A DNA stretch of 64,000 bases, taken from Paramoeba atlantica (taxonomy: Eukaryota > Protista > Discosea). Position 1 is the first letter of the stretch. Each line of letters begins with the position of its first letter. The notes under the pieces are model-generated. The model was not told where the DNA came from. It ran no database searches and worked only from the letters and a program-made list of their open reading frames with translations. A program made the translations under genes and the position numbers. The stretch is from NCBI GenBank assembly GCA_977017575.1, contig CDRNVI010000039.1, positions 124,001 to 188,000 of the forward strand. Reading direction: 5' to 3'. Shown piece by piece: positions 21,201-30,694 of this stretch.

Positions 21201-24042
21201 CCTCACACCCGAGGGGGCGCAACACGGTGGTCGCAAAGGCCAAATCACCCTGGGTGCGGGACGCGGTCCCCAGGCCCGGAATCACCACCGTGGGGCCACA
21301 GGGGTGAAGCACAGCGAGTGCCATCCAGTAGGATGCGCTGGTCGCGTCGGGCTCGATGAAATACGTCCCGGGGCTGTGGTACGCGCTGGGGGTGGGAATC
21401 GAGTAGGAAAGGGTTTGTGTGGGAGTGTCCCATGTGGGGGTGATGTCAAAACCAAAGTCACGCATCACAGAGAGTGTCATGTTTACGTAGGGAAGGGGAG
21501 GGGGAAGGGGAAGGGGTGTGGGGCTCGGGGTGTGGGGCTGTTGTTCGTCCGTACAGTGTTGTGCGAGGGTATTAAGATTCATAGAGGAAAGGGAGGAGGA
21601 AGTGTGCTGTAAAGGGTGGGAAAGTTTGCTTGAGAATCCAAAGGCGCGCAACAGAAGTGGAGATGGGGAAGGGGTGGTGTGAGGCTGACTGCACAGAAAA
21701 GGTGACACGATAAGAAGGGAGGAAAGGTATTGTGAGGATAAAGAAACATCAATGTCAAGGGTTCTTTGTAAGGACTCCAGTCGATGTTGTAAGTCGAATG
21801 AGGGATACATGCGCAAAGGAAAGTGTAGTCGGCTAGCGTCCAGTGGTTCGTTTGTTGAAGATGAATCGTATTCACCGTCTTCTAAACAAGAAAAGCGTGC
21901 GCCTAAGTCGTGCAACACTTTAAGTAAAGGGAAAATAGGACGGCATTGATTCATTCGTTGACATCCTGTGATTTGTGTGTAGCTGTAATTTTTGTTTTGC
22001 CCTTTGCGATGTTTCGAAGATTTAGTAGTCGTAGACATATCTCTGGAACAAATCTCTTCTCTGTAATCTTCATCAGAAGCAGCAACGCCCAACTCCCAGC
22101 TACTGAAATATAACAAACAAATGGGGAGTAAAAACCGAGACACGATGCCACTGTTGCCGACATAGAGATTTAGAGAACTTGAACTCATTGCGTTCATATT
22201 AAAGTCATCGAAAGACCAATCATGAGGTGAGTGTCCTTGGACAGTAATTGTGTCATCCAAAGAGTGAAAGCGGAAAGGAAAAGTGAAGACGCGTGAACAC
22301 TGTTCGGAATCTGCGCTGTTCTTTTTATCAGATTTCGGGGTAGAATGCTGCTGTAAAAAGTGGCTCAGTTTTTTCAAAGCCTCAATCATTAATAAAGTAT
22401 CAACACTGTACAATAAGCCGTGAAGAGTACATTTCGTGCCACCGAGGAATGCAATAGCCAGTGCGCGATTACTGATCGATTTGCTTCCTGGAGGTGTGAT
22501 GTGTATTTCCTTAGGAATAATGTCTTGACCTATGCCAACGTGCCATGCAGTGCAGTTTACAGACCAAAGAATTAAATCAAGAGAGACGTACCGCGGAGAA
22601 CTTTTACAACACATTCCGAGGCGTTCGAGAAGAACTACCTTGATTTCAGAATTTTGGTTTTTCTTATCACGATACAGAAATGAAATAAAGCGACTCAGGT
22701 TAGAATCGTGTTTCTTTTCCCTGAAGCTAAATTCCTCATAGTGGTCCTCAAAAAATAGCGAACTAGGTGAAGTGATCGGAAGCCCACACGAAGTCAAGAC
22801 ATGCTGCATACGCTGAAGCAAACTAGGCTGCAAAATACCAAGTCTACGTGAGATTCGTCCCTCGGCGACAAGCCCTATACTTACTGCTTCGCCGTGGAGT
22901 AAATAATCAGGAGAAGGAACCTGATCTGAATATGAGGTGTCAGTATAAGTTGAACCTAGACAGCCAAATTTAGCATTGCTTCGGCGCTCGTAACTGGAAT
23001 GGAGAAGGTCGTACGTATATTCTAAAGCGTGGCCAACTGTGTGGCCCAAATTTAACAAACAGCGAGACCCGTTCTGAGACTCTGTGAGATCACCTTGAAT
23101 CAACAACATTTTAAGAGAAATACTTTGGAGAATAATTTCATGCCAAACTGAGTCTGGAATACGTCTTGCACTCTCTGCACTACGAAGCGAAGGTGCCAAT
23201 AACTCAACTTGATCAAAAAAAGAAGTCTTGCCACAAAGCAAGGCAGATTTCACCACTTCAGCAAATCCGTTGCGAAGCTCACGAACCGAAAGTGTCCCCA
23301 AAAATGAGATCGAAACCAACGTCAGGTGCGCGGGATAGAACGACCCAAAAAGATTTTTTCCTGCAGCGCTATTAATCGCGGTCTTCCCTCCAACCGAACT
23401 ATCAACCATACTCAGTAAACTTGTTGGGACATAAACCCAGCGCACGCCACGAAGAAACGTGGACGCCACAAACCCGACCAGGTCCCCCACAACCCCACCC
23501 CCGAGGGCGACCAACACACACTGTCGGTCACAACGCGAGGCCACCAGAAAGTCTTCTAGAGCGTCACGAACCTGTCGACATTTTGCGCCCTCTCCTGCAG
23601 GAATACAAAACGTTTGTATCGGAGAGGTGCTGCGAGCGTTAATGCATTTATCCGATTGTGGTGAAACCAAAAACTCGTTAAGATACGCCTCGAGGGATTC
23701 TGTTACGGCAGGTTGCCAGATTTCGCCCACCCTGGTGTCCGAGATGAGCACATAGGATGAGGCGTCGGAAAAAAGAGAATGGAGGGCGTTTTGTAGAGAA
23801 GAGGTCGAAAAATGGGGGCCGCAATCCGAGGATGCATTTGTGTTGGTTGTTGTATCGGAACGAGATGGAAGGCACTGAAAAAGGTTACATTTGGGGTGCG
23901 AGTGAGAGCCGTAGTGAGTTTCAAGCGTTCTAGTTATTTTCTCTTTTGTGAGATAAACAATGGAACGGGTGTCTTTTCCATGTGTTTCCAACGTTGTATC
24001 AGAGTCTACCCATTTCCATCCCTTTTCACACTCGCAAAACAT
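18238..24042 (-). CDS. ARO1: Pentafunctional AROM protein (DHQ synthase - EPSP synthase - degenerate shikimate kinase - type I DHQ dehydratase - shikimate dehydrogenase)
   Basis: ALGGGVVGDLVGF, VDSSVGGKTAIN, LNLGHTVGHALE, LLHGEAV; PGSKSISNRAL, SSQYLSSLL, RLKESNRI, DHRIAMSF, KTYPEFW; VELRADLL, FTVRS..GGKF, SYHD; SPTLH, GASITIPHKE, NTD, GAGGSARS. First ATG at 24042. Confidence 0.96.
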   Translation of the reverse strand: MFCECEKGWKWVDSDTTLETHGKDTRSIVYLTKEKITRTLETHYGSHSHPKCNLFQCLPSRSDTTTNTNASSDCGPHFSTSSLQNALHSLFSDASSYVLISDTRVGEIWQPAVTESLEAYLNEFLVSPQSDKCINARSTSPIQTFCIPAGEGAKCRQVRDALEDFLVASRCDRQCVLVALGGGVVGDLVGFVASTFLRGVRWVYVPTSLLSMVDSSVGGKTAINSAAGKNLFGSFYPAHLTLVSISFLGTLSVRELRNGFAEVVKSALLCGKTSFFDQVELLAPSLRSAESARRIPDSVWHEIILQSISLKMLLIQGDLTESQNGSRCLLNLGHTVGHALEYTYDLLHSSYERRSNAKFGCLGSTYTDTSYSDQVPSPDYLLHGEAVSIGLVAEGRISRRLGILQPSLLQRMQHVLTSCGLPITSPSSLFFEDHYEEFSFREKKHDSNLSRFISFLYRDKKNQNSEIKVVLLERLGMCCKSSPRYVSLDLILWSVNCTAWHVGIGQDIIPKEIHITPPGSKSISNRALAIAFLGGTKCTLHGLLYSVDTLLMIEALKKLSHFLQQHSTPKSDKKNSADSEQCSRVFTFPFRFHSLDDTITVQGHSPHDWSFDDFNMNAMSSSSLNLYVGNSGIVSRFLLPICLLYFSSWELGVAASDEDYREEICSRDMSTTTKSSKHRKGQNKNYSYTQITGCQRMNQCRPIFPLLKVLHDLGARFSCLEDGEYDSSSTNEPLDASRLHFPLRMYPSFDLQHRLESLQRTLDIDVSLSSQYLSSLLIVSPFLCSQPHTTPSPSPLLLRAFGFSSKLSHPLQHTSSSLSSMNLNTLAQHCTDEQQPHTPSPTPLPLPPPLPYVNMTLSVMRDFGFDITPTWDTPTQTLSYSIPTPSAYHSPGTYFIEPDATSASYWMALAVLHPCGPTVVIPGLGTASRTQGDLAFATTVLRPLGCEVRMEARKVVVASNGGNGLRSNTGFCIDMGALSDTFMTAAVLLCGITRGSVVSNDEGFVSLVHRITGIASQRLKESNRIQAMVTELRKLGVHAQETDDGIDIHSKSFASMRQSQPIYCYGDHRIAMSFAILSCRIPGGLTIVDPWCVEKTYPEFWDHLNRIFHLSLKASGTDAIESSLSSSFVGLGDALGKPRGMKTCRVPEFRTPQNTVLHLVPYNNSIDLKNLRACVRVLCELNRTQGWNLLDLSESSWKLVTNEPNIFLNFKSELAKLPAQHPKVTQNVTLILCPPLFDSELWSSLLFRPADTSSNVSFFDSTLESVLRPVRQLSCSTLVLDDYGINHLSEKALSEMRKATSYEYLILGFSKSENSSVKCKGDFSIESNVNILERFLNFISSTKRWDSQCLRSSHMLSLTLPTYNFSSEQHLKRDFPRLVAGCDVVELRADLLEDSATGIQNVAKEIQYLRFLTPDLYLLFTVRSVQQGGKFVGTTEHYAKLISLALRYGCEFVDIEHASLSPQRFDDGNRDAFCILSLAQSYSLPQHFPLVTLIVGSYHDPSITFSELNILDVVFSLLQSGCDIVKIVLGLSRPSDQYRFQQLLSSVLHNRLPFLAVSSASGGALSRILGTILSPVTHELLPFPAASGQLTLHAMNQLRAQLGLTLPGTFYVVGDQISYSYSPTLHRTAFHVLGLPHSYHVVDCPDFDQAWGQLLEDPTFRGASITIPHKEKAFQMLRNVSPHAQIIGCINTIARKYGSVDEADAFYGENTDWVAIFRFLRHWHLQRCSELSSCPVNSFHETRGYVLGAGGSARSAVYALLHFGCTRIFILNRSLKRAKQLLSWFTSQGLGESLTILDFNLINYFSLCSFQESSGGASVVISTVPGHAVVSYPDSLFQTGNCLAVDLSYTATQSASCPPQILYSGQIIRSKEHDCCSALTPFLSFVRAYHPTCTLVSGLEILFEQAIDQLWFWVGHRISVQLLRDLLHSGSLKS
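21040..21730. other. GC-skew island (C-rich left arm, GC core, G-rich right arm) inside AROM
   Basis: C/A-rich 21040-21270, GC-rich core, then G-tract-rich 21380-21730 on the + strand. Confidence 0.75.
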
Positions 24043-24379
24043 TTTCAGCAAAAATCAGTCATGAGCTCTGCAACGCGTAAATAGTTTCTAAGGAGGGAAA
24101 AAACATTTTCTATATCCAGAGGAATCATTACTTTAAAAAGTCGAAGCTATGGAGTTGTAAAACTATCAAACAAATATTGTCATGTTGCCAAAAGCCTAAA
24201 AGTAGAAAAAAACATTAAAATGTGTTGTTTAAGCCGAATGCAGATGCAAAATATTAATGATTAGCCTTTCAAAAGAAAATCAATCAAGCGAATAAAAATG
24301 AAACGATGCAAGTTCCATATTCCCGTAACCTTATTCCCGTACACTCACAAATGTAGTAAATGTGTAACTCACCAATGCA

Positions 24380-25930
24380 TTACCCGAAAATCAACCCCTT
24401 CATCCACCCCCTTTCACTACCCCCCAACCCTCACTCCTCCACCGACCTCCGCGCGAGCTGCCTCACCTTCCTCTCATACCCCCTCCGGTCCTCCCTCCAC
24501 TGCCTCGCGGCCTCCACATTCGCCGGGCTCTCCCCGTTCGGCGCATCCAGCATCGACAGCACACTGAGCAGTATGCTCCCGACGGTGTGGACCGGGGACC
24601 AGCGCTCCTTGGCGCTCTCGTACCCGAACGCCCCCTCCCCCGGGCTGTGGAGGATACTCACGCAGACCTCCCCGCTGGGGTAGATGTTGGGGTGCCACAT
24701 GGGGGTGAGGAAGACCATGGTCGGGGGGGCGTTCGGGTAGGTCCGGGGGAAGGACAGCGTGGCACGGAACAGGCCCCCGTCGTGGGGGGTGTCGTGGGGG
24801 CCGACGAGCAGGACGTCCCACAGGAAGGGGTTGGCGTCGTCCCGGAGACCGGCGGAGAGGCCGGGGAGGGGGTGGCGCTGGAGGTCACGGAGCTGGGAGA
24901 GCAGGAGGAGGGTGGCGTGACGGGTGGTGGGGTTGGGGGGGAGGGCAGGGGGAGGGGGGGTAGAGGTACGCGTAGGGGCAGAGGGGTGGGTAGGGGTAGG
25001 GGTAGAGGGGTGGGTAGGGGTAGAGGTGTGGGTACGCGTAGTGGTAGATGTGTGGGTACGAGTAGTGGTAGAGGGGTTGGTAGGGGTAGAGGTGTGGGTA
25101 CGCGTAGTGGTAGATGTGTGGGTACGAGTAGTGGTAGAGGGGTTGGTAGGGGTAGATGTGTGGGTACGCGTAGTGGTAGAGGGGTTGGTAGAGGTAGGGG
25201 TAGAGGTGTGGGTACGCGTAGTGGTAGGGGGGTTGGTAGGGGTAGATGTGTGGGTACGCGTAGTGGTAGAGGGGTTGGTAGAGGTAGGGGTAGATGTGTG
25301 GGTACGCGTAGTGGTAGGGGGGTTGGTAGGGGTAGATGGGTTGGTTGGAGTAGTGGTAGAGGTGTTGGTAGGGGTAGTGGTAGAGGGGTCGGTAGAGGTA
25401 GGGGTAGATGTGTTGGTAAGAGTAGTGGTAGAGGGGTTGGTAGAGGTAGGGGTAGATGTGTGGGTAGGAGTAGTGGTAGAGGGGTTGGTAGAGGTAGGGG
25501 TAGATGTGTTGGTAAGAGTAGTGGTAGAGGGGTTGATAGGAGTAGTGGTAGCTGAAGGGGTAGCAGTGTTAGTAGGGGCAGTTGTAGTGGGAGACGTGGT
25601 GGTAGTGGTCGGGGTAGTGGTCGACGTGTTCGTACGGTCAGTGGTAGGTGTGTTGGTACGAGTACGGGTAGCTGAAGGGGTAACGGGGTTGATAGTGATG
25701 GAAAAGGGGGTAGAGGTGTTGGTACCGGTATTGGTAGAGGTGATATTAGGGGTAGGAGTGGATGTGTTAGTACGGGTAGGGGTAGAGGTGTGGGGGAGAG
25801 AGCATTGGGGGAGGGAAGAAGGAGAAGTGGTATTGTCAGGGTGGCGGTTGGGTGAGGACGTGACAAGAGGACGTGAAGCACGGGAGCAGGTAGGAGGGTG
25901 GGGCAGGGGTGGGGTAGTCATCGCTTGGGT
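24380..25930. other. GC-skew island spanning the E2 gene
   Basis: C-tracts 24380-24680 (partly 3' UTR), switch near 24700, G-tracts with almost no C from 24900-25930. Confidence 0.85.
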
Positions 25931-26005
25931 AGAGTTTGCGTGCAGGTTGGATAGGCGTTGAGCAGAGTGGGTGTTGTTTTTTGTGGAAGTTCTTTTGCGG
26001 GGCAT
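24431..26005 (-). CDS. Ubiquitin-conjugating enzyme E2 (Ubc7/UBE2G-Cdc34 type) with long Thr/Pro-rich N-terminal repeat
   Basis: [30 protein letters not shown] (active Cys), acidic loop [21 protein letters not shown]. Confidence 0.9.
   Translation of the reverse strand: MPRKRTSTKNNTHSAQRLSNLHANSTQAMTTPPLPHPPTCSRASRPLVTSSPNRHPDNTTSPSSLPQCSLPHTSTPTRTNTSTPTPNITSTNTGTNTSTPFSITINPVTPSATRTRTNTPTTDRTNTSTTTPTTTTTSPTTTAPTNTATPSATTTPINPSTTTLTNTSTPTSTNPSTTTPTHTSTPTSTNPSTTTLTNTSTPTSTDPSTTTPTNTSTTTPTNPSTPTNPPTTTRTHTSTPTSTNPSTTTRTHTSTPTNPPTTTRTHTSTPTSTNPSTTTRTHTSTPTNPSTTTRTHTSTTTRTHTSTPTNPSTTTRTHTSTTTRTHTSTPTHPSTPTPTHPSAPTRTSTPPPPALPPNPTTRHATLLLLSQLRDLQRHPLPGLSAGLRDDANPFLWDVLLVGPHDTPHDGGLFRATLSFPRTYPNAPPTMVFLTPMWHPNIYPSGEVCVSILHSPGEGAFGYESAKERWSPVHTVGSILLSVLSMLDAPNGESPANVEAARQWREDRRGYERKVRQLARRSVEE
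24950..25560. repeat. Degenerate coding minisatellite (~27-48-bp units; [11 protein letters not shown](ST)NPS)
   Basis: Repeated ggtagaggggttggtag...gtgtgggtacgcgtagt units. Confidence 0.9.
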
Positions 26006-26095
26006 GGGTGACTGGAAAAGACAAAAGGAAATGAAAAATGGCTAAGTGAGGAATGGCAAGAGAAGTATTTCAGATAAACTATTTTAGACGAAAAA

Positions 26096-28066
26096 TTAAT
26101 CAAGAAAAAAAATATTACAGAACGCGCACTGAGATAATGTCCCAATACGTTTGAATATTTTCATTGATTTAGTGTTGTGAGAAAGCCTGGAAACCCTTTT
26201 TGAAGATAAGATGGCATATGTTTTAGTGGAGGGGCGAAGCGTTTCCTTTGTGCGTTTTCCTTTGCGATATTTTGTGAGGCGCAGGCGTCGCATAATTCCG
26301 TTTACTTTTGCTTGGGCTTTCTGACGTAACTTTTGTACTTTTTGTTCGTAAGGTCGTCGCTCGTGTCTATCATGACATCTCCACTCTTGCGTCACAATAG
26401 GTAGTCGAGTGATTGTGGAGGATATTTTCGAATGCTTATCTTTTCTATTTATTGCTTTCCGAAAAGCGTTCATAAAAAGTGCAAAAGACGAGATCCGGAC
26501 GTGCTTAAGTGCAACCAAGTCTTTGGGACTGATCCCCGGTAGATGAGTCCGTTTTGCTTGTTGATATCTCTTGCGATGCATCTGAACTCTAGTGGAGTAT
26601 TCTTGTTTCACATCGTCAGGCAAGGATTGATATGTGTTTCGCGATCGAATAAACTTTGAGGAAGAAGGTTCCAAAACAGCTGAGAATATAGGATAAGTTC
26701 TGCGTAAAAAAAGATTGAAGCCTGTCCGTGAAAGATGACCCTGGTGTGCTTTCGCAGAGAGTAAGAGTTCGCGCACCTGCTTGCTAGATTGGACGTTAGG
26801 GCCCACTGCTTCAGTTTCCGCACATAATTCGGGTTCCATAGAAAGCAAATCGTGAGGAACAGAAAACTGATTTCGCCCGTCTAAGGATGAAGGTATTGAT
26901 AATAATGAAGTTTCCCTCTGTTTTCGACTTTCGTAGAACGTAGCATTGGAAGAGAGTTTGGTACGTATGATGGAATGGGTTACAAAATCAGCGTAACGGA
27001 CAGAAAAATGTGTCACTGATTCCACACGTTGTTTCGTGCTTCCTGGCAAGAGAAAGGCCACAGCAGCAGAAATCGAAAAATAGAGAAAAACACTCATGTT
27101 CGCTAATAACCTTCTGAATCTCAAAAGTAACTGAGAGTGAAAGTTTTGCAGACATGCGTACGAAATGGTATAAAGAAAACAGAGTGCGGAAGCCGCAAAA
27201 TGTAAGGCCCTCATTAACCAAAGCTTTAAGAACCTTTGACCTTTGGATAAAATATCTGTAGTGGTACAGGAGATTCTTCTTGCAGCGAGCGGTAGAAAGC
27301 ACCTCAAATTTCGTAAATGAAAAAAGGTGACTGCAGAACACAAAATATCAGCCATGAAAAATGTTGAGCCATTGACTATTGGAAGCGTCGTAAGACTAGC
27401 CACAGTACGATAACGTGAGGGTTGGAAAGAGGGTGCTGGAGAAGAAAATAATATAATTTTTGGAAACATGTAGCCGGGATTTATTTTTCCTCTAGAATAA
27501 TGTCTATCAAACTTGTGTGCATATTCATGAAAAGCGAATATAGAAACCTTGTGCAATGCTGGAAAACGGGCAGCATGAACACCCGTACGCCAAGGAACCG
27601 GGAGTTGTTCCAAGCGGTAAGGTTTATTTGCACGAAAGAACGAGCGTGTAAAGCACGTTTGTTGCCTAGAACTGGCACACGGAAATTTTGATAGTTGCCA
27701 AAATGTGCGATTACACTGAACAGTTTTAAGCTCAGGGTATATTTCACAATACTTGTGATCTTTGATATCGTATCGTCCTGTAGAATTCCCACATAAGTCA
27801 TGCTGAATAATTGAATAAAAGTTGATCGACGCGGAAGGAGAAGAAATAGATGCAGGCCGAAGTGTTGGTAATTTTTCCAAATCAAATTGCTTGCAAATCA
27901 GCGACGAGCAATCCAAAAAAGATTTTTTTATGGGCATGCGAAGATTTGCCTCGTGTTCCCGGATGACTCTATCCCATGATTGGAGTGCCATATTACGTGA
28001 AACGGTACCAAGGGGACAAAATGAAGAGCAAGATCTGATTTTAGGGACGCATTCACTAACTGGCAT
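26096..28066 (-). CDS. Protein with two C-terminal HMG-box-like repeats and a basic tail (true start uncertain)
   Basis: TGFNLFLR...YQSLPDDVKQEY and SSFALFM...QEWRCHDRHERRPYEQK match HMG-box spacing. Confidence 0.55.
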   Translation of the reverse strand: MPVSECVPKIRSCSSFCPLGTVSRNMALQSWDRVIREHEANLRMPIKKSFLDCSSLICKQFDLEKLPTLRPASISSPSASINFYSIIQHDLCGNSTGRYDIKDHKYCEIYPELKTVQCNRTFWQLSKFPCASSRQQTCFTRSFFRANKPYRLEQLPVPWRTGVHAARFPALHKVSIFAFHEYAHKFDRHYSRGKINPGYMFPKIILFSSPAPSFQPSRYRTVASLTTLPIVNGSTFFMADILCSAVTFFHLRNLRCFLPLAARRISCTTTDILSKGQRFLKLWLMRALHFAASALCFLYTISYACLQNFHSQLLLRFRRLLANMSVFLYFSISAAVAFLLPGSTKQRVESVTHFSVRYADFVTHSIIRTKLSSNATFYESRKQRETSLLSIPSSLDGRNQFSVPHDLLSMEPELCAETEAVGPNVQSSKQVRELLLSAKAHQGHLSRTGFNLFLRRTYPIFSAVLEPSSSKFIRSRNTYQSLPDDVKQEYSTRVQMHRKRYQQAKRTHLPGISPKDLVALKHVRISSFALFMNAFRKAINRKDKHSKISSTITRLPIVTQEWRCHDRHERRPYEQKVQKLRQKAQAKVNGIMRRLRLTKYRKGKRTKETLRPSTKTYAILSSKRVSRLSHNTKSMKIFKRIGTLSQCAFCNIFFLD

Positions 28067-28541
28067 ACCGAGTTACAAAGACTGTAGCGCTCGTATCCGA
28101 AAACTAGAAACTGTCTAAAATTCCTGCCACAAAGCTAGCATAGTATGTTTTCGTAGTTAGCTTCTAGTGAAAAGATCAACCAAAAATTGATTTTACATTT
28201 TGTTTCTAAAAAGTATAAGTCAGGCTGTTTTTATGGGGTAGTTTTTGCTACAATTTAAAACCGACATGTATTATCCTTGAAGAGTAATGAAACTTACAAT
28301 AATTTACAAGAATATGCGTTGAATATTAGTTGCATAAAAGTAAAGATTAAGGGCAACAGTGTTCCATGTGCCCGAAACCTCGTGCTTCATGGAATCCCAT
28401 CTTGCATTGAACACTCATAATAGTAGTACTATTGAATATAAATTTAATCCCCCCTGCATCAAAAAGGAACCCCCCTTATTTTTCACACGACTTATTTTTC
28501 AAACCTAGGGGGGTTTGAAGATTCACAAATACAGAGGGGGA

Positions 28542-29396
28542 CTACTGAAGATTCACAATGTTTTTCAGATTCTTAGGAATACACCCAGCATTTTTACACA
28601 GAGTAAGAGAACTAAGTGAAAGAGGAATGCTATCGTAGTCCACCTTACTCAAAAAATTGTTCCCATGAAGATAAAGAACTCGTAGACTGTCAGGAATTGG
28701 AGAGAAATCCAGTTTACCCTCGAATTTGTTTCCCTCAAGATACAACTGTTCTAGAGATTCAGAAAGCTGCGTAAACAAAACTGTTCCAGATAGCGAATTC
28801 TCCGATAGGTTGAGAAAGGAAAGCGAGGCAGGAAGTTGGGAGAGGTCAATGCTTCCATCAAACTTATTTTTACGAGCATTTAAAAGCCACAAATGAGAAG
28901 GGAGTTGAGTGAGATCGACTGCACCGTAAAAGAAGTTAGAGCTCAGGTCTAACCGTTCGAGTGAGTCTGGAAGGTTTATCCAAGGAACACTCGACCTAAA
29001 TTGATTATCGGAAAGAAAACAATGCTTTAATGTGGGAAGAAGGTTCCCCAAGGCAATTTCCACGTGTTTATCGCATCGAGAAGCACCGCGAATCGGATAA
29101 GGAATATTCCCAGTAGAGTCAGAAAAGCGAAGGCAGGTGAGCCGAATACTTGTTACTTCTCCCTTGGAATTACATTTCACGCCATCCCACTCGCATGCGG
29201 AAGTTTCTGTTTTCCATGTCGGATGAATGTAATCCTCATCCGAGATAAGAGAGAGTAGTCGGATTTCTTGTGGAATAAGCGTAGCCACAGCCTTCCCAAG
29301 CTTACGTTGTTTCTTCGGTGGAGCTAAAGAGTCGCAACAACGCGACCCAGAAAGCATTAGAGAAAGGAGGAACTCAAAAACTAACGTGAGATACAA
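28542..29396 (-). CDS. Leucine-rich repeat protein (family member 1)
   Basis: N-cap W..ETSACEWDGVKCN..G.V and 23-aa LP.sL..L.Ls.N.f.G..dl repeats. Confidence 0.9.
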   Translation of the reverse strand: MYLTLVFEFLLSLMLSGSRCCDSLAPPKKQRKLGKAVATLIPQEIRLLSLISDEDYIHPTWKTETSACEWDGVKCNSKGEVTSIRLTCLRFSDSTGNIPYPIRGASRCDKHVEIALGNLLPTLKHCFLSDNQFRSSVPWINLPDSLERLDLSSNFFYGAVDLTQLPSHLWLLNARKNKFDGSIDLSQLPASLSFLNLSENSLSGTVLFTQLSESLEQLYLEGNKFEGKLDFSPIPDSLRVLYLHGNNFLSKVDYDSIPLSLSSLTLCKNAGCIPKNLKNIVNLQ

Positions 29397-29935
29397 CTCT
29401 AAAAATCTTTCAATGGAATACGACAGTAAGACTTGGCCTCTCTTTGGTACTCATGACATGAAAAAGAAGCATCAAAAATACACCAAACAACGTGATTTGC
29501 GTCTTAATACCTGTATTATTGCCCCCCCCCCCCGTTTCAAAGAAGAGAAAAAAGTTTCAAAGCAGGAAAAAGTTGACCATAAGGCATTGTTCCATTAAGA
29601 CGAGATTAGAAAATCAATCCGCCGACCAGAAAATCCGCGCCGAAGAAAACCAACCCTCTTGGAGAACTCAGGTCGTATTGGACTAATAGTGTATTAGGTT
29701 GCACTATAAGAATTGGAATATTGTCGAGCTGAATATTGTCGAGGCTATCGCATCCTTGGGTATTACTCACTTACTCAGTAAGCGATCTTAGAGATCTCGT
29801 CTTAATTTAAGACGAGTCAAGAGAAGTTCAAATCGGAGTGCATGCACTGGTGATGCTTTCACCACTACACAAAATAGTATACAAGGCCAGAAGGTATCAA
29901 AAGTGGAATAGATAAATGCGTGCATCAGATGTAGT

Positions 29936-30364
29936 TTAAAGTAGTTTTAATGATCCTGTGATAGCATCCACCTCCACTTGAGAAGCCGGACCAATACAAA
30001 GAACTGTTTCAGAACCTGCGGGAAGTTCCGTGTGACCTGCGTCCTGGATAAGAGAATAGTTGACTCCATATGCCTTGGCAGACTGCGTAAGCTCTAGCAG
30101 TTCGTCCCTATCTTTAACTCTGAGAACGACCTTTTTTTGGCCATCGGAAAGCCAGTTGTTCAGCTTGCCAAGTAAAGATTCTTCGCGAGTCATACCTGCA
30201 GAATCAATATGGGAACATTGAAGCACCGCGGTGACTGCTGCATGAGAGCATTGAGATGCTACTTTTCCGGGACTCATTTTTAAGTCGGAGCGAACTACAA
30301 GAGCCATCTTGTGCGATTTTCCGCGAGTACCATAGTTTCGCAATAGGCGACGCAGTCTCTGCAT
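29936..30364 (-). CDS. PTH2: Peptidyl-tRNA hydrolase 2
   Basis: KMALVVRSDLKMSPGKVASQCSHAA, GQKKVVL, IQDAGHTE, TVLCIGP, VDAITGSLKLL. Confidence 0.95.
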   Translation of the reverse strand: MQRLRRLLRNYGTRGKSHKMALVVRSDLKMSPGKVASQCSHAAVTAVLQCSHIDSAGMTREESLLGKLNNWLSDGQKKVVLRVKDRDELLELTQSAKAYGVNYSLIQDAGHTELPAGSETVLCIGPASQVEVDAITGSLKLL

Positions 30365-30694
30365 ATTTTGCCATAAACTGTCAAAATAATAATAAATATA
30401 TGAAGCAAAACGTCAGAAGGTAAGTATTTCGTGAAAAAAATTCAGAATAAAATCAAACCTCCACCAAACCCTCCGCCCAGTCCGAATTTAAAAGAATTCG
30501 GAGCTGAAAGTGCTTAAATACTTTCATAAGAATTAGAGAAGAACTTATAAAGGGGGGAGGGGTCGAGGCTGTTATAAACAGGGGGATACAGTAATCCTTT
30601 TTTATAAAAGAAGATTCCGTTAAAAAATACTCTGTGTTGCGCATATTTGCGGCAGTGTAATTTAACTCTAGTGTACCCCCCTCGTTGTGTTTTA

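Noticed and set aside
23420-23830. A full skew island in the DHQ synthase domain
   Set aside because: Weak and partly explained by the conserved GGGVVGD motif; kept only as a weak candidate.
24474-25961. Long alternative-frame and antisense ORFs (322-407 aa) over the E2 gene
   Set aside because: Skewed G/C-rich repeats lack stop codons in all frames; only one frame carries a recognisable domain.
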